Assembly (NCBI GenBank): GCA_002189035.1
Contig: NEEC01000004.1
Coordinates: forward strand, 3,038,001-3,102,000
From: Utricularia gibba
Lineage: Eukaryota; Plantae; Magnoliophyta
DNA length: 64,000 nt
Reading direction: 5' to 3'
The position numbers and the translations under genes are program-made. Positions 27,651 to 41,427 of the stretch are shown in pieces (the first letter of the stretch is position 1; each line of letters opens with the position of its first letter). Under the pieces are notes generated by a model. The model was given only the letters and a program-made list of their open reading frames with translations. It was not told the origin of the DNA and made no database searches.

Positions 27651-28841
27651 TTGTATCTCTTGGATTTATCCAGCCCCTAAGAAACATTGCACTGTTTCCT
27701 AAATGATTTTTGTTTTTTGTGTGAAAACTTATAGGAAAAGGTATCGATGAGGCAATTAAGTATGGATTATATGAAAACATCAAAATTATCATTAACAAAA
27801 TAAATGATGTGTTATCATATAATTTCCATTATACATTATCCAAAACAAAATTCTGTTGGGTATTTGTGGTGAAGGCACCCCATAAGTGTAATGGAAATTA
27901 TTAGTGTATTGCATTATCAATATTCAATTGTAGATCAGAACCTTACATGATAGCCAATAGGACATAATACTACGTTCATTTCGTAAACTATTTAGAAATA
28001 TTAATATTTAAAATAACACTCTCAGTTGTCATATATGGATATTTATCTGTGAACACCATTAGATAGTTGAATCTCTATAAGTTATTATTACTATTATTAT
28101 TATTAGAAACACCACCTAGGTTTTACAGTTCAAAAGTAAGTAGGATTTTCAAGGTTGATGTGGGTGCGTTTACCACCAGTCAAACGGCGCCAGTCCGGTA
28201 GTCAACCCGAACCCTCATGTGTCGGTTCTTTTCCGAGCCCCAGGTAGTTTGACCATGGAGTCTCCGCTGATAATTTTAGCCCCAGCATCGAAGTAGACTT
28301 CTGATTTTCTAACGAACTTGAGGTCGGTAGTCGGTGGCCGAGCTGAATTCTGGTGAAGAAACTCACTTTCAGGTTGGAGAAAAATGATATTTTGGTATTG
28401 CGCAATGTATGATGAGGGTCCCAAAGCGCCGTTTGTAGAAATCGATACCGTTATGGGTCATTCATTCATTTTTAGTCGTGATAGATCTTTCATGCTGCGT
28501 TTTTAGTAGCGTTTTTGCTGTCTATAAAGTCTTGTAGCATTTTGTTTCGAATCTCACTAAATCTTCATTTCCGGATTGTTCTTTGTTTCTCAAAATTGTT
28601 CTTAAGAATATTTGATGACTTCGCCGCTGAACACGTGATTCTGTTAAAAAAAATTGATGATGGATAGTTGTAGTTTCTGAGCTTCAATTTTATTTGCTTT
28701 GCTGGTTCTGGGTTTAAATTTTTCAATGGATCAAGGTGTTTTTACTTTCTAGCTGGTGATCATATCACTTGCTGGGTAATTGCAATGTACTTCTATATAT
28801 TCCATGTCGAGTAGATGTGCCCAAGAAATTTAAGGGTTCAG

Positions 28842-30798
28842 ATGGCATCGTCAGGATCTCAGTTCAACAGCCAATCCTCAATGCTACCTCCACGACAGCA
28901 GCTTCGACCCGTGGGTGTAGGACTCCAGAATTCGCTATCTTTTGCCATACCAGATGTCTCAGAGTCGCTGAATCCTCATGAGCGTGGTTCGAATTCAGAC
29001 AAAATTCATGAGTCTCAATCAGAAAGTGCCAGCTCACGTGAAACTTGGCCTACTGCTGATGCTTTAGAACCTAAGAAATTTGAGAAACGAAAAGAGGGGG
29101 AGAATGGTTTTGCAGAGCATTCTGTGGTTAGGCATATTTCCAGCTCAGATAAAATTTCTATTCCGGATGTAGCAAGAGACCGGGTAGAAATTATAGCAGA
29201 AAGGATGCAAAACCTGCCAGATGAGTACCTCGAAAAGTTGAAAAATGAACTTCGATCTATGCTTGAAGGCTTAGGTGACAGTCAGCAAAGAGAAGAGTTC
29301 CTATTCCTGCAAAATCTCGTCTTGTCCAGAAATGATTTGACTGAGAAAACATTGCAAGGTGCACACAGGGTTCAACTGGAGATATTAGTTGCAATAAAGA
29401 CAGGAATTCGGGCGTTCTTGCATCCAAACGTTAGCCTTTCACAAGCTTCAATTGTTGATATTTTGTTGTACAAGAGATGCAGGAACGTAACCTGTTTTAG
29501 TCCACTTCCAGTTGAAGATTGTGCCTGTGAATTGTGTTCAAAGAGAAACGGTTTCTGCAACCTCTGTATGTGTACAATTTGCAACAAGTTTGATTCTGAC
29601 TTTAATACATGCCGCTGGATTGGATGTGATTTCTGCTCCCACTGGACTCATATAGATTGTTCCATTGCTAATAGGTTGATTGGTATGGGTTCGTGTGTTA
29701 AGAATGGGGTTAGCTCATCAGAGTTGCTTTTCAGATGCCGATCTTGCAATAGGACATGCGAATTGTTAGGCTGGGTCAAGGATGTCTTCCAGCATTGTGC
29801 TCCAAGTTGGGATAGGGATGCTTTAACAAGGGAACTGAAGTATGTGAGCAGAATTTTTCGTTTCAATGAGGATTCTGAAGGCCGAAAGCTCTTCAGGAAG
29901 TGCGAGGAACTCATTGAGAAACTGAAAGGTGGTGTTGCTGAAGCCGTCCCCTTAAAGGAAATCTCGATATTCTTCCATGGTAAATTTTAACAACTTCTCA
30001 TAATTGAAGCTTTGCTTTTCACATTCCAAAGATCTAAATCCGAATTTCAATTGTTTTCTGTTTGCTACATATATGAACTCTGCAACCTCGGGAACTTATC
30101 TCATTGGGCCATACATTTCTTTCATGTTTTTGTTTTTTTTTTTCGGTTTCGTTTGGCTTGGCAGCAATGCCAATTATGTTTTCCTTTACACCCTTTCACC
30201 TTGTTCTTAACACACAGAAATGGAGGCAGATACCTTGATGAGGGTAGAAAATGAGGAAGCTGGCAAGATGATAACCCCACATGAAGCATTCAACCAGATA
30301 GCTAATGTTGTTCAGGAGGCTGTTAATAAAATGGAAACTGCTGCTGAGGAGAAGATGCGAATGGTAAAAAAGGCACGCAACGCTGTGGAGGCGTGTGAGC
30401 AGGAACTCAAGGATAAAGCCAGGGAAGTTGCTGCCCTGAAGTTGGAGAAACAGAGAAAGAAGATACAGGTTGAAGAGCTGGAGAGCATCGTGAGACTCAA
30501 GCAAGCTGAAGCTGACATGTTCGATCTCAAAGCAAATGAAGCACAACGGGAGGCTGAGAGGCTGCAACGAATACTTGTTGCGAAAAGTGAAAAGATGGAG
30601 GACGACTACACCATTAGGTATCTCAAGCAAAGGCTACAAGAGGCCGAAGCTGAGAAGCAATATCTATTCGAAAAGCTGAAGCTTCAGGAGAGTTCAAGGG
30701 TATCTCAGGGCACTGAAGGAGCCAGTGATCCATATAGCAAAATCCAGGACCTGCTTAAGAACATGTACGATACCGCACAATCGAAACCAGATGCATGA
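28842..30798 (+). CDS. OBE1: OBERON1/2-like PHD-finger coiled-coil protein (572 aa, 2 exons)
   Basis: join(28842..29979,30218..30798). Motifs MLPPRQQL, ESASSRETWPT, RVQLEILVAIKTGIRAFLHPN, PHD region GFCNLCMCTICNKFD..CRWIGCDFCSHWTHIDC, ELLGWVKDVFQHCAP and VRLKQAEADMFDLKANEA. OBE1 versus OBE2 is not resolved. Confidence 0.95.
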
Positions 30799-31957
30799 TC
30801 CACATGCCCTGATCACTCCCATTACGGTTGCTTGAATTGTTTTATTTTCTGTAAATGCAATGATTAGGAGATAAAGAGTTGTGCCTTTGTCCGTCTGATT
30901 ATCTGCGTTTCTCTTTCATGCTGTTTGCTGTAAGAGAGACCAATGTGGACCTTATTCAATAATAAATTCATTTAACGAGTTAGCTGGTTTAGCTCCAGTT
31001 CAAGCAGTAGTAAGTTTTTGCAATATCGATAGAAGGAAAGTGTTTCTGTAAAAGGAAAGATGAAAAAAATTTAAAAGTCCTACACTATACACATAAAGAC
31101 GAAATAAATTCAAATCTGGAGATAATAGACAATTAATTTGTTGATGTCGGAAGCAGTCAATTCTGTGTGATTTTCGTTCATGTGTTTTGAGTCAATCTAA
31201 CAAAACAGGGAAACTGGACACAACGTAATGATCCAAAAACATGAGATGGAGGGGGGTCGACCCGTGCAAAATGATTACAAAAATATGTAAAGTTGGGTGG
31301 CAATGATCAAAACATTCATTATCTCACTCGTACATTTAAAAGACCATTAGCATGTGCAAAGGTGTTTACACAAATACAAATATTCAAAATAAACGACGCT
31401 CTGTAATGCATATACAAAATTCCAATAAACAATTTAGGAAAGTGATTATGTTTTGAATGGATATATACAAAATTGATACTTATAAAGCATCTTGTGTGAA
31501 ATAGGTTCTCTCTCCATTAGTCTATTGCTTTAGCTTCCATTGTCCACAGGTTTGTACACAAAGAACATCAGCAAAAATTAAATGAGTTATAAAATTAATC
31601 ACATACATCACACTCTGAGCTATTTGGAATTGAAGGGATAATTAGTGCTTCAAACTGCTCATTATCGAAATTATTTGAAAATATATAATATGAGGTATTA
31701 ATGAATTCGAGTGTAAGAAACCAAGGGAAGGATGACATAGCATTTAACATGTATAATAACTAGGGTTAAGTTTTTCATTTATGTTCAGATGAATTATTTG
31801 TTTAGTTAAAATAACTATTGAGTTTTATTAAAATTTTTTTTCTAAGCTATGATCTTTACATGTTTCGATTTTCACTATCAGTAAATTCATCAAAATTAGT
31901 TCATTGTCATGAGAAATGAAGTTGGTGTGGACTAGTTCATTAGGGTAGAAGTTTCAA

Positions 31958-32440
31958 TGGAGGACAACTGCTTTACGCAGCACTACATGTGTGCGCGATC
32001 CTGTACTAGACATGACTTGCGGAGGCTAGTAATTTTAACGCAGCACCATATGTGTACGATCCAGTGTTGTGGAGGACGATAATTTTAGACAGCACCACAT
32101 GCATCCGGTGGTCGGCAAAACTGGCAAAAGATAGCAATTTCATGCAGCACCGCGTGTGTGCCATCTATTCCTCAACGTAACTTGTGCAGAGAAGCAGTTT
32201 CATGCAACACCATGTGTGTGCGATCTAGTGTTTGACGTAACTTATAGAAGACAACAGTTTCGCATAGCACTGCATGTGCATGACTCAGTGTTAGGCATAA
32301 ATTGCCGCCACGTGTGCATGATCCGGTGCTTGGGAAAACTTGCAAACGACAACACTGCCTGCATGTGCACAAGCGAGTACTTGGTGTAACTTGCCTTAAA
32401 TTAGAAGAATGTTCTCCCATACCCGAGAGCACCGCATCAA
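31958..32440. repeat. Degenerate tandem array, about 50-62-bp unit, about 8 copies
   Basis: The core (G/A)CAGCAC(C/T)RCATGTG(T/C)RCGATCCRGTG...TAACTTG recurs at roughly 55-60-bp spacing. Confidence 0.75.
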
Positions 32441-34477
32441 GTCAATTGTAGTACTTGTGTGATAACACAATAAAACAGTAGTTTTAAATTAAAAAAGAAA
32501 GTTATGTTATCCTGTAAAGTTAGGATTTTATTGAAAATTTTGATGTTTTTTGCAAATAGCAGCACAATTTTAATGTTTTATTCCAAAATGGGACTTAATC
32601 CTTAATTTAGCCCGATTTTTATTTAATCATCTTCATTAAAGTAATGTCGTATATTTTCAATGATCCAAACCTCAAGGAGCCTATTACATAGAGTAGAGCC
32701 TACTCTAGACCAAGTGCATAAAAATAGAGACAAATGGAGGGAGAAAAGCCAAAAGAGAAGGAAAAGTTACACCTAATCCCCAGAAATAAAACAAAAAGTG
32801 ATATTTTCGGTAAGATAGGAATAGAGAGAGGAGGACAAGAGACCTTCACATAACACGAAGGAAATTATCTAAAAAAAGAGCTTAGAAGAACCACAAATAT
32901 TGACACATAATTAAATGTTGTAATATTCATAAATCATAGGATATAATTTCAACATATACTACATACATTTTCAAATCTATAATCTAACCTTGCTAATTTT
33001 AGCAAATAGCTTGTCTCTAGTATTGATTATACATGTTGGTTTCCATCTGATCACACTCAGATTTAAAATCTCCATTATTGCATAATACTTCTTTTTTAGT
33101 CTTGACCTTTTAAGCTTATACGAGGATTTGTATGCAGAGTCATCACAAGAAGCAAATTTTGGTTAATAATCATTCAAAGCTACATGAAACCTAGATTTGT
33201 AACCTTCCTTCATCTTCCACTCCTCATTGATATATTTCTTCAATACAAGAATGAGATTCTTTACTTTCACCATTGACCATTGATAGTCATTTTGAGCTAA
33301 TGCTTTTCGATTATCCAGATTTATCCATCATTCAAATTTCAATCTATCAATTGTGAAGGTGATAGTTAAAAATTGCATCTCTCAAACCTTTGAAACTTTA
33401 GAATGACATGCACTTTGAAATAAAATGTTTTTGATATTTTAATGAATAGAAGTAATTTCATCATTTTATATCATAAATCACAAACATTAGATATCAACAT
33501 TTTCCAATCAAACACAAATAACACAATCTTACTCATGTCTATCAAATAAGCTTCACATCAAATTTAATTAATCTATATTTTAATAATTAAAACGTGGTTG
33601 ACACCTATCACGCAACAAGAGGAGACTTTAATAGCTATCCAACCTGGCCCTAAATCTAAAACCATGTGCCTGCTTCTTCCCTCACCCCTCAGTTTCCAAG
33701 TGGTCAACCAAAGCTGCGCGGCAGGACGGAATTCCTCTGGTGTATTGTTGAATTGCATTATTCCACCATTGTGGCTTGCCCCTTTTTTTTTTCCCGGTAA
33801 ATTCTCTGATGATACTTTTCTCTGTGGTCCTTGTCAACTTCTCGGCGTCTATTTCCCCAGACCCCTCAGTTGACAAACCCTTCTTTAAATTTGCTTTCAT
33901 GTAGCTGATGATATTCGATCTGCAATTATTTAGCTAAACCCATTTCGTCTGCAGAGGCTTCGATTGTGATTTTTCCTTTTAGAGTTGTGTACGGCATCGT
34001 GTTTTGTGTTTATCTTCATCTTTAATTTTTCTCTTTTGTTTTTTCCTGCTGCTGCCGCTATTGCTTTGAATGTGTGGGATTTGATTTTCTTTTATAGACA
34101 GAACAGAGATTGAAATTTATCTGGTAAACGGTTGTCTTTGTAAGAAGAAAATTGGTTTCTGAATTATTTCCTTAGCTGGTTTGCCTCAAGGTAGGTGCTA
34201 ATCCTTGTGTTTAAACTTAATCTTCAACATGGGAATTCAGGGGCACACAGATTAGCTCTGCATCTGCTTATGCGTCAGAACCGAGAACCGAGAGATAACA
34301 CTTGTGAATCAAGACGTTTCTGTAAATGATATGTGACTGAAGGGGCTAATTGTGTCACTGCTGTTCCATGTACCTCGGCTTTGGTCAAGATAAAGAAGAT
34401 AATACGCTTACTTAAAAGCTCGGTTTGTGTATCATCATTGTGAACTTCATTTGGAGTCGCTTGCTGTATCGTGTTAG

Positions 34478-36094
34478 ATGGATGCACCTCAAGATTCAGA
34501 AATGTCTTCTAGCTTCCACAGTTCCTGCAGTCAGCCTACGCCTTCACAGGTCCAGCCATATGTATTTTCAGGCTCGAGAACTGGTGCATCTTCAGGGCAG
34601 AGCTTGGGTGGTGAATTTTACACACTGGAATCAACTCCTGACTTCGTTGCATATAATCCTTCAGCTGCAAGCATACGAAGCCCCTTTTCGCCCCAGGATT
34701 CTCATTATTCACTTGCATCTGATCATCAGCACTCACCAGATCTTACTGTCTATGATTCAGCTATCCCTGGCTCTTCTGGGGTTGAAGATGAAAACAAGTT
34801 GATGCATGCACTCTGGGTACTGAGGAATGAACTTCTTGGCCCTGAATCTGATACCGATGATATTGGCTGCTTCGGTCCTCAAGTTATACAGCCATCTCCC
34901 TTCTCAAGGTATGACAGAATCCTGGAAAAAGCACCAAACATGGACCTGAAGAAGTTGCTTATCACCTGTGCTGAAGTTGTTGCCGAAGCTGACACCATCT
35001 CAGACAGGCAGGTTGCATTGTCAGCTGCAGAAGCGTTGATAGAGATTTTGGAGAAAAGAGTTTCAGTATCTGGCGATCCATTGGAAAGATTAGGTGCTTA
35101 CATGTTGGAAGGAGTCAGGGCAAGGCTTCTACATTCAGGAAGTACTATTTATAAAAGGCTCAAGTGCAAGGAGCCAATAAATCCAACTAGCTCAGAACTG
35201 ATGTCTTACATGCATGTAATATATGAAATCTGCCCATACTACAAGTTTGCATATGTTTCATCGAGTGTCATCATCAGCGAAACCATGGAAAATGAGAGCC
35301 GGATACACATAATCGATTTTCAGATAGCTCAAGGAAGCCAATGGGTATCCTTCATTCAATCAGTCTCCCGTCGGCCAGCAGGTCCACCTTATCTCAGAAT
35401 CACTGGCGTTGATGATCCACAATCAGCTCATGCCCGGGGTGGAGGACTCCAGTTAGTTGGTCTGACACTAGCAAATGTCGCGAGGTCATGTGGAGTACCG
35501 TTTGAGTTCCATGGAGCAGCTATCTCTGGAAGTGAAGTCCAGTGGGAGAATCTCGGAGTTCAGCATGGAGAAGCTGTGGCTGTGAATTTTCCATATGCCC
35601 TGCATCACATTCCTGATGAGAATGTGAGCATTGAGAACCACAGGGATCGCCTTCTAAGACTTGTCAGGAGCCTCTCTCCCAAGGTCGTGACCCTCATCGA
35701 ACAAGAATCCAACACCAATGCGACTGGTTTCCTGCAGAGGTTCCAGGAGTCTCTAAACTACTATGTGGCAATGTTTGAGTCCATCGATGCTGCATGCCAG
35801 AGGGAAGATAAGAAGAGGATCAGTACGGAAGAGCACTGTGTGGCAAGAGATGTTGTGAACATCATCGCCTGTGAGGGGCCTGATCGTGTTGAGAGGCACG
35901 AACCCTTTGGCAAGTGGAGGAGGCGGTTTGCAAAGGCAGGCTTCTCGCCTGTGAGGTTGAGTCCGGCTGTGGGAAAGGCAGTCTGCAATATGCTGAAAGA
36001 ATACAGCTCTAATTACACAGTGGGAGAAGGGAATGGAGCCCTGTATCTGGGATGGAAGAACAGGGCCATGTCAACCTGCTCAGCGTGGAGATAA
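34478..36094 (+). CDS. GRAS transcription factor, PAT1 subfamily (SCL13/CIGR-like), intronless, 538 aa
   Basis: VSVSGDPLERLGAYMLEGVRARL, LKCKEP, YEICPYYKFAY, IHIIDFQIAQGSQW (VHIID), GPPYLRITGVDD, NFPYALHHIPDENVS..NHRDRLLRLVRSLSPKVVTLIEQESNTN (PFYRE), C-terminal LGWKNRAMSTCSAW. Confidence 0.96.
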   Translation: MDAPQDSEMSSSFHSSCSQPTPSQVQPYVFSGSRTGASSGQSLGGEFYTLESTPDFVAYNPSAASIRSPFSPQDSHYSLASDHQHSPDLTVYDSAIPGSSGVEDENKLMHALWVLRNELLGPESDTDDIGCFGPQVIQPSPFSRYDRILEKAPNMDLKKLLITCAEVVAEADTISDRQVALSAAEALIEILEKRVSVSGDPLERLGAYMLEGVRARLLHSGSTIYKRLKCKEPINPTSSELMSYMHVIYEICPYYKFAYVSSSVIISETMENESRIHIIDFQIAQGSQWVSFIQSVSRRPAGPPYLRITGVDDPQSAHARGGGLQLVGLTLANVARSCGVPFEFHGAAISGSEVQWENLGVQHGEAVAVNFPYALHHIPDENVSIENHRDRLLRLVRSLSPKVVTLIEQESNTNATGFLQRFQESLNYYVAMFESIDAACQREDKKRISTEEHCVARDVVNIIACEGPDRVERHEPFGKWRRRFAKAGFSPVRLSPAVGKAVCNMLKEYSSNYTVGEGNGALYLGWKNRAMSTCSAWR

Positions 36095-37472
36095 AATCAC
36101 TTGAAGTGAGCTTTTAAAAGCTTTGCTGCGTTTTCTTTATTTTTGTTTGTTTTTTGCTTGATTTGTTGTAACAGCTCTGCAATGTGTGCATTAACTATTT
36201 TCGTTGTACGCTAATCATATCTACAGAAATAGCAGTTGATTCCCTCAGCTCCTGGTGATGCAGAAAGAATGACTGACTTCTTCCCTTGTGAGCTTCAATA
36301 GTTTGATAGTGAGTTTAATCCTCCGAAACCTGGATGCAGCCCCAAAGTTTCCACGAAATTAATTTTGGTGTAATCCACCACATTCCCAAGAGATTTGCCC
36401 TCCGACGTTGAAAGACCTGATGTTCTGAATCTGAAACCGAATTCTTCTGAAATTCCTTCCATATGCTGCAATATGATGCTAACATGTTTTAAAGTTAACT
36501 TGAAATAGCAACGGAAAACGATGAAACTGAAGGACAAGCATTCTGTGTAGCCACAACGTGCCTTGGATGTGTTAGTGATTACATGCAGTACTGCTCTCTT
36601 TGTTGTTGCTTCGTTTCCTTATGGATGTCGGCAGAGCAACTCAGCTAGCTTCAGGCTCTTCGTGATTGATGTTAGTAAAAGAGAGGAGCGTGTCTGCGTG
36701 TGGATGTTGTGTATTCCCCTACCCTAATTTATTTATGCCTGGCAGCTACCAGTTGAATTGCAGTCCTCTGGCATTCCTCGCATGTGACCAGATGGGGCAA
36801 CACGCTACAAAAGTAAGAGAAACCCGTAGCCCGCCTCCAGGTCAATGCTCCGGTGAGGGAGGAGTAGAGTTTAACATCCAGGTTCCAAATGGATTCCACC
36901 CCAACCAACCCAACCATCTCCATCTGGTTTAGTTGGAGCTGTGCTGTGTTAATCGGGTAAGTTGGAAAAGAGATGACCCGGGCCGAGAGATGCAGTTACA
37001 ATTAAACTAAAACTGCTCGCTCGGGCACGTCACCGCAACACGGCAAGTGGTTCCATGTTGAAATCTGATTAACCAACGACCACGAAAGCTGCGACGAGCA
37101 CGAGGAGGCCGAAACGGGCCGGCAGACTACAACTCAAACTGTCAACAAGAAATGCTCGAAGAATTCCAGGCCAGCTCGCCGCTCTTATCTTGGGGCCAAA
37201 CAAAACAAAACAAAAGAGAAGCAAAAACCGCTGCTCCTCAAGGGGGTTCGGGTTCTCAGTAGCCCTGGCTCTATTATTTGGCTGGCTGCCGATGATGCAT
37301 AATTAACCAATATGTGCCTACCGTGCGCGGAAGAAACCAGTAGTATTTACTTGTACAACACCCGGCCCGCCCCGGCCGACAAACCCATACCATCTCGTTC
37401 TCCAGGCGCAATCGCAAAGGAAAAGCATTGAGGGAGCAGGGGAAAGAACAGGGTCATGTATCCATCCCATTT

Positions 37473-40257
37473 CTAGGATACTTTTTTCGGCTCAAGAGCA
37501 GCAATTTCTCTGATGACTTGAGCTTTGTCAGCCTCGAATTGTTCATCCTCTGCACCAACACCAGAAAAAAAAAACCGTGAGTAATATATACATCAGGGCA
37601 CGCGCTGTGTCAAAACTTCTCTCACCTTTTTCGGTCTTAAAGTCGGCAAAGAGGCGTAGAAGCTTGCTTCGGTTTGTCACAAGGATGCCAACAATTTCAG
37701 GGGGCTTGTTCTGATTCGCCACAAACAACTGCAACCATTTGCGGATGGTTAGGAAACAACCAGGAGATGAAAACACGCTCTTCCAGATTGGATGGTTGGG
37801 TGTCAATACCTTGAAAACATGAAATGCTTCAATCTGAATTGTCTTGCTGGTTTCCTGCCAGAAAACAAAAGCTCATGCAATGCTTGAAAAAATCCAATAA
37901 AGAAATCAATTTTGACACTCATGATCGGTCGAGCAAGGGCTCAGTTGTATTGGGGGTGAACAACGTTGAATCAGCATCGGAATCCTGATGGCTCATAACA
38001 CAAGGAATTATCTACCATTGCGACAAAATAATTCTTTATTGAGACCCTGATATTTCATCTATATATATATAACAACGTTATTTTCACTAACACAAACCAA
38101 ATGATGAGAAAAACTTACCCTAAGAAGATTCATGAGGATCCTTAAGTTGTCAAGGGAGCATACGTATCGAGTCATTACAGCTGAATTAGAACGGTCCAGC
38201 AAGATGTCACCCAATAGCTGCAGAGTTACCTCTTTAAATAAGCAACGGGCTAAAGGACATGCAAGTAATAGAAATCTATCGCATTTCGGCTGGCTGAAGA
38301 GGCATATTGTCCAAGATCTCATTGCTTCTGTTTTTCCCCTTCAAATGATGACTATATTTCCAAAAAAAAGAGAAAACGAAGCCATTACCCTCACAGCTTG
38401 CCGTTTCGTGATGTAATTAGAAGATTCAAGTAACTTCGAGTTGTATTCCACAAAGAACTATCAACAGAAGAAAATAAGATGTAAGAACCCAACTAGAATA
38501 TAAGCAAGAGAGGTGATCAAACGAAGATACTTACCCAGTCATAGTTCTTGGAAAGGAACTCGGCTACTGTAGACTTGTGCCGAGTTAATAGTTCCTGCAA
38601 TAAGATAGAGCTATTTTCGATGAAATTTAAGCATACAGCATGCATCCAACACATTCAAAAAAATAAGAAATACATTTCGGAAGCATGTGGAGGTACACAA
38701 GCAACTGATCAATAACAATAATAACCCAGATACGGCTACAAAGGAATGAGAATTCATATAAGGTACTACAGTGACCATCTATTGACATAAGAAGATACTC
38801 AACCCTGAAGTTGGTCGCAGCATCAGAAGCCACGTCAAAGTTAGGAAGTTGTATGTAATCAAAGAACTTCTTCATTCGCTCTGATTCCAGAACATATCTA
38901 TACATGGCAGCATATTCCAAATAACATTAGTCCATGAACAATCTTCAGCAAACAAATACATATAGATGTATCATGAACTATTTTTTTTTTTTGTCACGTA
39001 TCGAAATGTATCATCCAGTTTAGTATCAATGCAAGACTCAATAGAAATAGCTTCTGTCTAAAGTACATATAATTTTCAGTTTTTTTTAGTAATGCAATAA
39101 AGCTGATAAACTTAAAAACCTAATTTCTCATTATATATAGCAATAATAGAGAAGAGGTGAACTACAGATCAAAGACAGTTCACATAAGATAGATGGTAAG
39201 AAGCAGAATTCACTTCAACTCAAAAAAATGATAAAGCAGCCATAGAGGTTTCAGGTGTATGAAACAAAAAATACTCTTTACCTTGCAATACTTTGGTGGC
39301 GTATGCATTCCTTTAACATTGAGCCATAATGCAATGCAAGTTCACTATTTTCGTAACTAGTAAACAGACAAGAAAACAACAGTATAGTGAATTTAATTCA
39401 ACCAACATATAACAAGATCATAGTTTATAAATAGCAGAAAAGACTTTTGTGCATCACTGCTTAGTGAATGTGAAGAAGGCCGTCATAACATAAAAAAGAA
39501 GTATCAACATCCAGGGAGAGACAAGGTTTCTAACTCAATATTGCATTGCAACGGAGTCCCTCATGACTCCAAAAGCTCCTAGGTTTAGTTTTTCATGCTA
39601 CTTACCCATCTATCAGAATATCCATGAGATCAAGGTTCTTTTCCAAGTAATCACAAGCAATCAGCCTTGAATGGACCTGCTGCCTCTGGAGATTCGCAAC
39701 AACTTGAGTAGCATCTTTGCGAGTCTGCGGGTATATGAGGGAGTGTTTAAAAAGAACTGGCTGATCCAGGCTAGAGTTATAATATAAAAGCAATACATTT
39801 TCAATTAAAAATCTAGTCACCTCTAAGTTCAGCTTGGGGAGACATATAATTAGCAAGCGAAGCGTATTCTCTCTGAAGAACTCCTGTGTCAGCTGTGCGC
39901 AGGCCTCTATCACGGGCTCAGATTCCGAATCACCATAAAGAACTTGCTTCATTTCTCTGACAAGTTTGCTTAATTCCACAATCTATGCAAGGGTAAAAGC
40001 GAATGCTTAAAAAATTTGATGAGGAAAAATACAACTCGTGAACACCCATCCATCACCACTATGATATCGATCATTCTTAAATGAACTCTTGATCCGCAAG
40101 AACAAGTTTTCGTAAACTAATCAAGGTGTTTGACCTTTTCCTCGCGCTTGCTTTCCTTGGTATCGGGAGCACCAAGATCTACCAGTACAAGCAATTCTCG
40201 AGTGTGGCGCACCAAATCGACCGGAGTCCGAGGCTTGGATTTGAACAAACTCTTCAT
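37473..40257 (-). CDS. MO25: MO25/CAB39-like calcium-binding scaffold protein, 11 exons
   Basis: [17 protein letters not shown] (exon 40257-40135), then [91 protein letters not shown] and [13 protein letters not shown]. Ends [25 protein letters not shown] with TAG at 37475-37473. All introns GT-AG. Confidence 0.95.
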
Positions 40258-41427
40258 CTTTGCGCTATCGGCGTCGTTGTTTTCAGTGGGAGGAGGTTTA
40301 CGTGACAAGGATTGCGAGGCGGAACGATGCGAGAGTATCCGCTGCGACGGCACGCCCCCGCCGGTGCCGCTGCCGCCGCCGGCCGGCCGGCGGATGAAAA
40401 GCAGCCTCCTATTTTGGAAAATCTGTACGGTACCTCCCAATTTCTGGTGTCAATCAGCGTCAGAGGAGAGGAGTGAGTCGGAATGGTAGGGGGAGAGCAG
40501 TTTGAAGGGAAGGAAATATATGGAGTGAGTGAGATGGGAGGGAGCAAATTGTTGACGATGATATCATTACAGTGTTGCAGGTAATTTATTAGATGGAAGG
40601 AAGGAACCATATTTAGGCTTTAATAGTCACAATCTTCTCCATATCTTTTCCTAAATAAAAGTAACAATTTGGTTGAAGAACGGGGCACTGTTTTCATTGT
40701 ATTTAAAACATATGATATTTATAATATGATATTGTATTTTATACATGTTTTTAAAATAAACATATGAAAAGTTAACAACCATATAACTCTGTCATACCTT
40801 ACGTAAAACTTATAATAAAGTGAGTAGACACATTTAACTCAATAAAGACATTGATGAACGTGTGATGCGAGGAGAGGCGGGGCCACGGTGATACGCTTTT
40901 CGGTTTCATGGCTCCGGTCCACCCTCAACTTTAAATTTTCTTTTTCAAGTTAAAGGTTTCGCGGTTTCATATTTAAAGACAATTAATAATGTTATTATTA
41001 TTTCTAATCACATAGGTGTGTAAATAAATGGATGATTGGTTTTTTTTTAAAAAAAAAAATAATAGTAAGCAACGACTGCAAGCATAACGATGTATTGGTT
41101 ATTTTTGGAAACTCGGCTCCCTTCCAGTTCTGGTTGTCACAATTCGCGGGGAACCTTCGAAATCCAATCATGGAGACCACAACTTCCCCACAAAAGAATC
41201 CTTGTGAATCCGTACATTTTGATTTGTTTCTTTCGTCAGCACAAGTTTCGGTGGGGGGAACCTCTACATCCTGCCTTGCCTTGTTTTTCCAATCTACATC
41301 TTCATCGCAGTGATTCATTTTTCAACTCGTTTCGATTTGCCCTGTGGAGTCACGTATTCTATCTAACGGCTTCCTTAAAATTTTGTCGTTAATGCTTCTG
41401 GGTGTTGGAGCATTTATCCGGTGAATT

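Noticed and set aside
28815-28841. OBERON start at the upstream ATG (MCPRNLRVQ)
   Set aside because: It lies before a good TTCAG acceptor at 28837-28841, and homologues begin near MxSSGS. It is probably intronic, though an alternative acceptor at 28814 cannot be excluded.
31958-32440. CRISPR-like array
   Set aside because: Eukaryotic context, degenerate repeats, no unique spacers and no cas genes.
32441-32470. Possible third tRNA-like junction, GTCAATTGTAGTACTTGTG|TGATAACACA
   Set aside because: It needs indels to align, lacks the upstream GGACAAG and TGG motifs, and the downstream DNA does not continue as an LTR. Probably chance or too decayed to use.
36240-36800. snoRNA or miRNA cluster
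   Set aside because: No proper RTGATGA/CTGA box pairs with terminal stems and no convincing miRNA hairpin.
40258-40440. 61-aa N-terminal extension of MO25 suggested by the ORF track
   Set aside because: The track's start at 40440 is TTG, not ATG. The conserved MKxLFKSKP start is at 40257.
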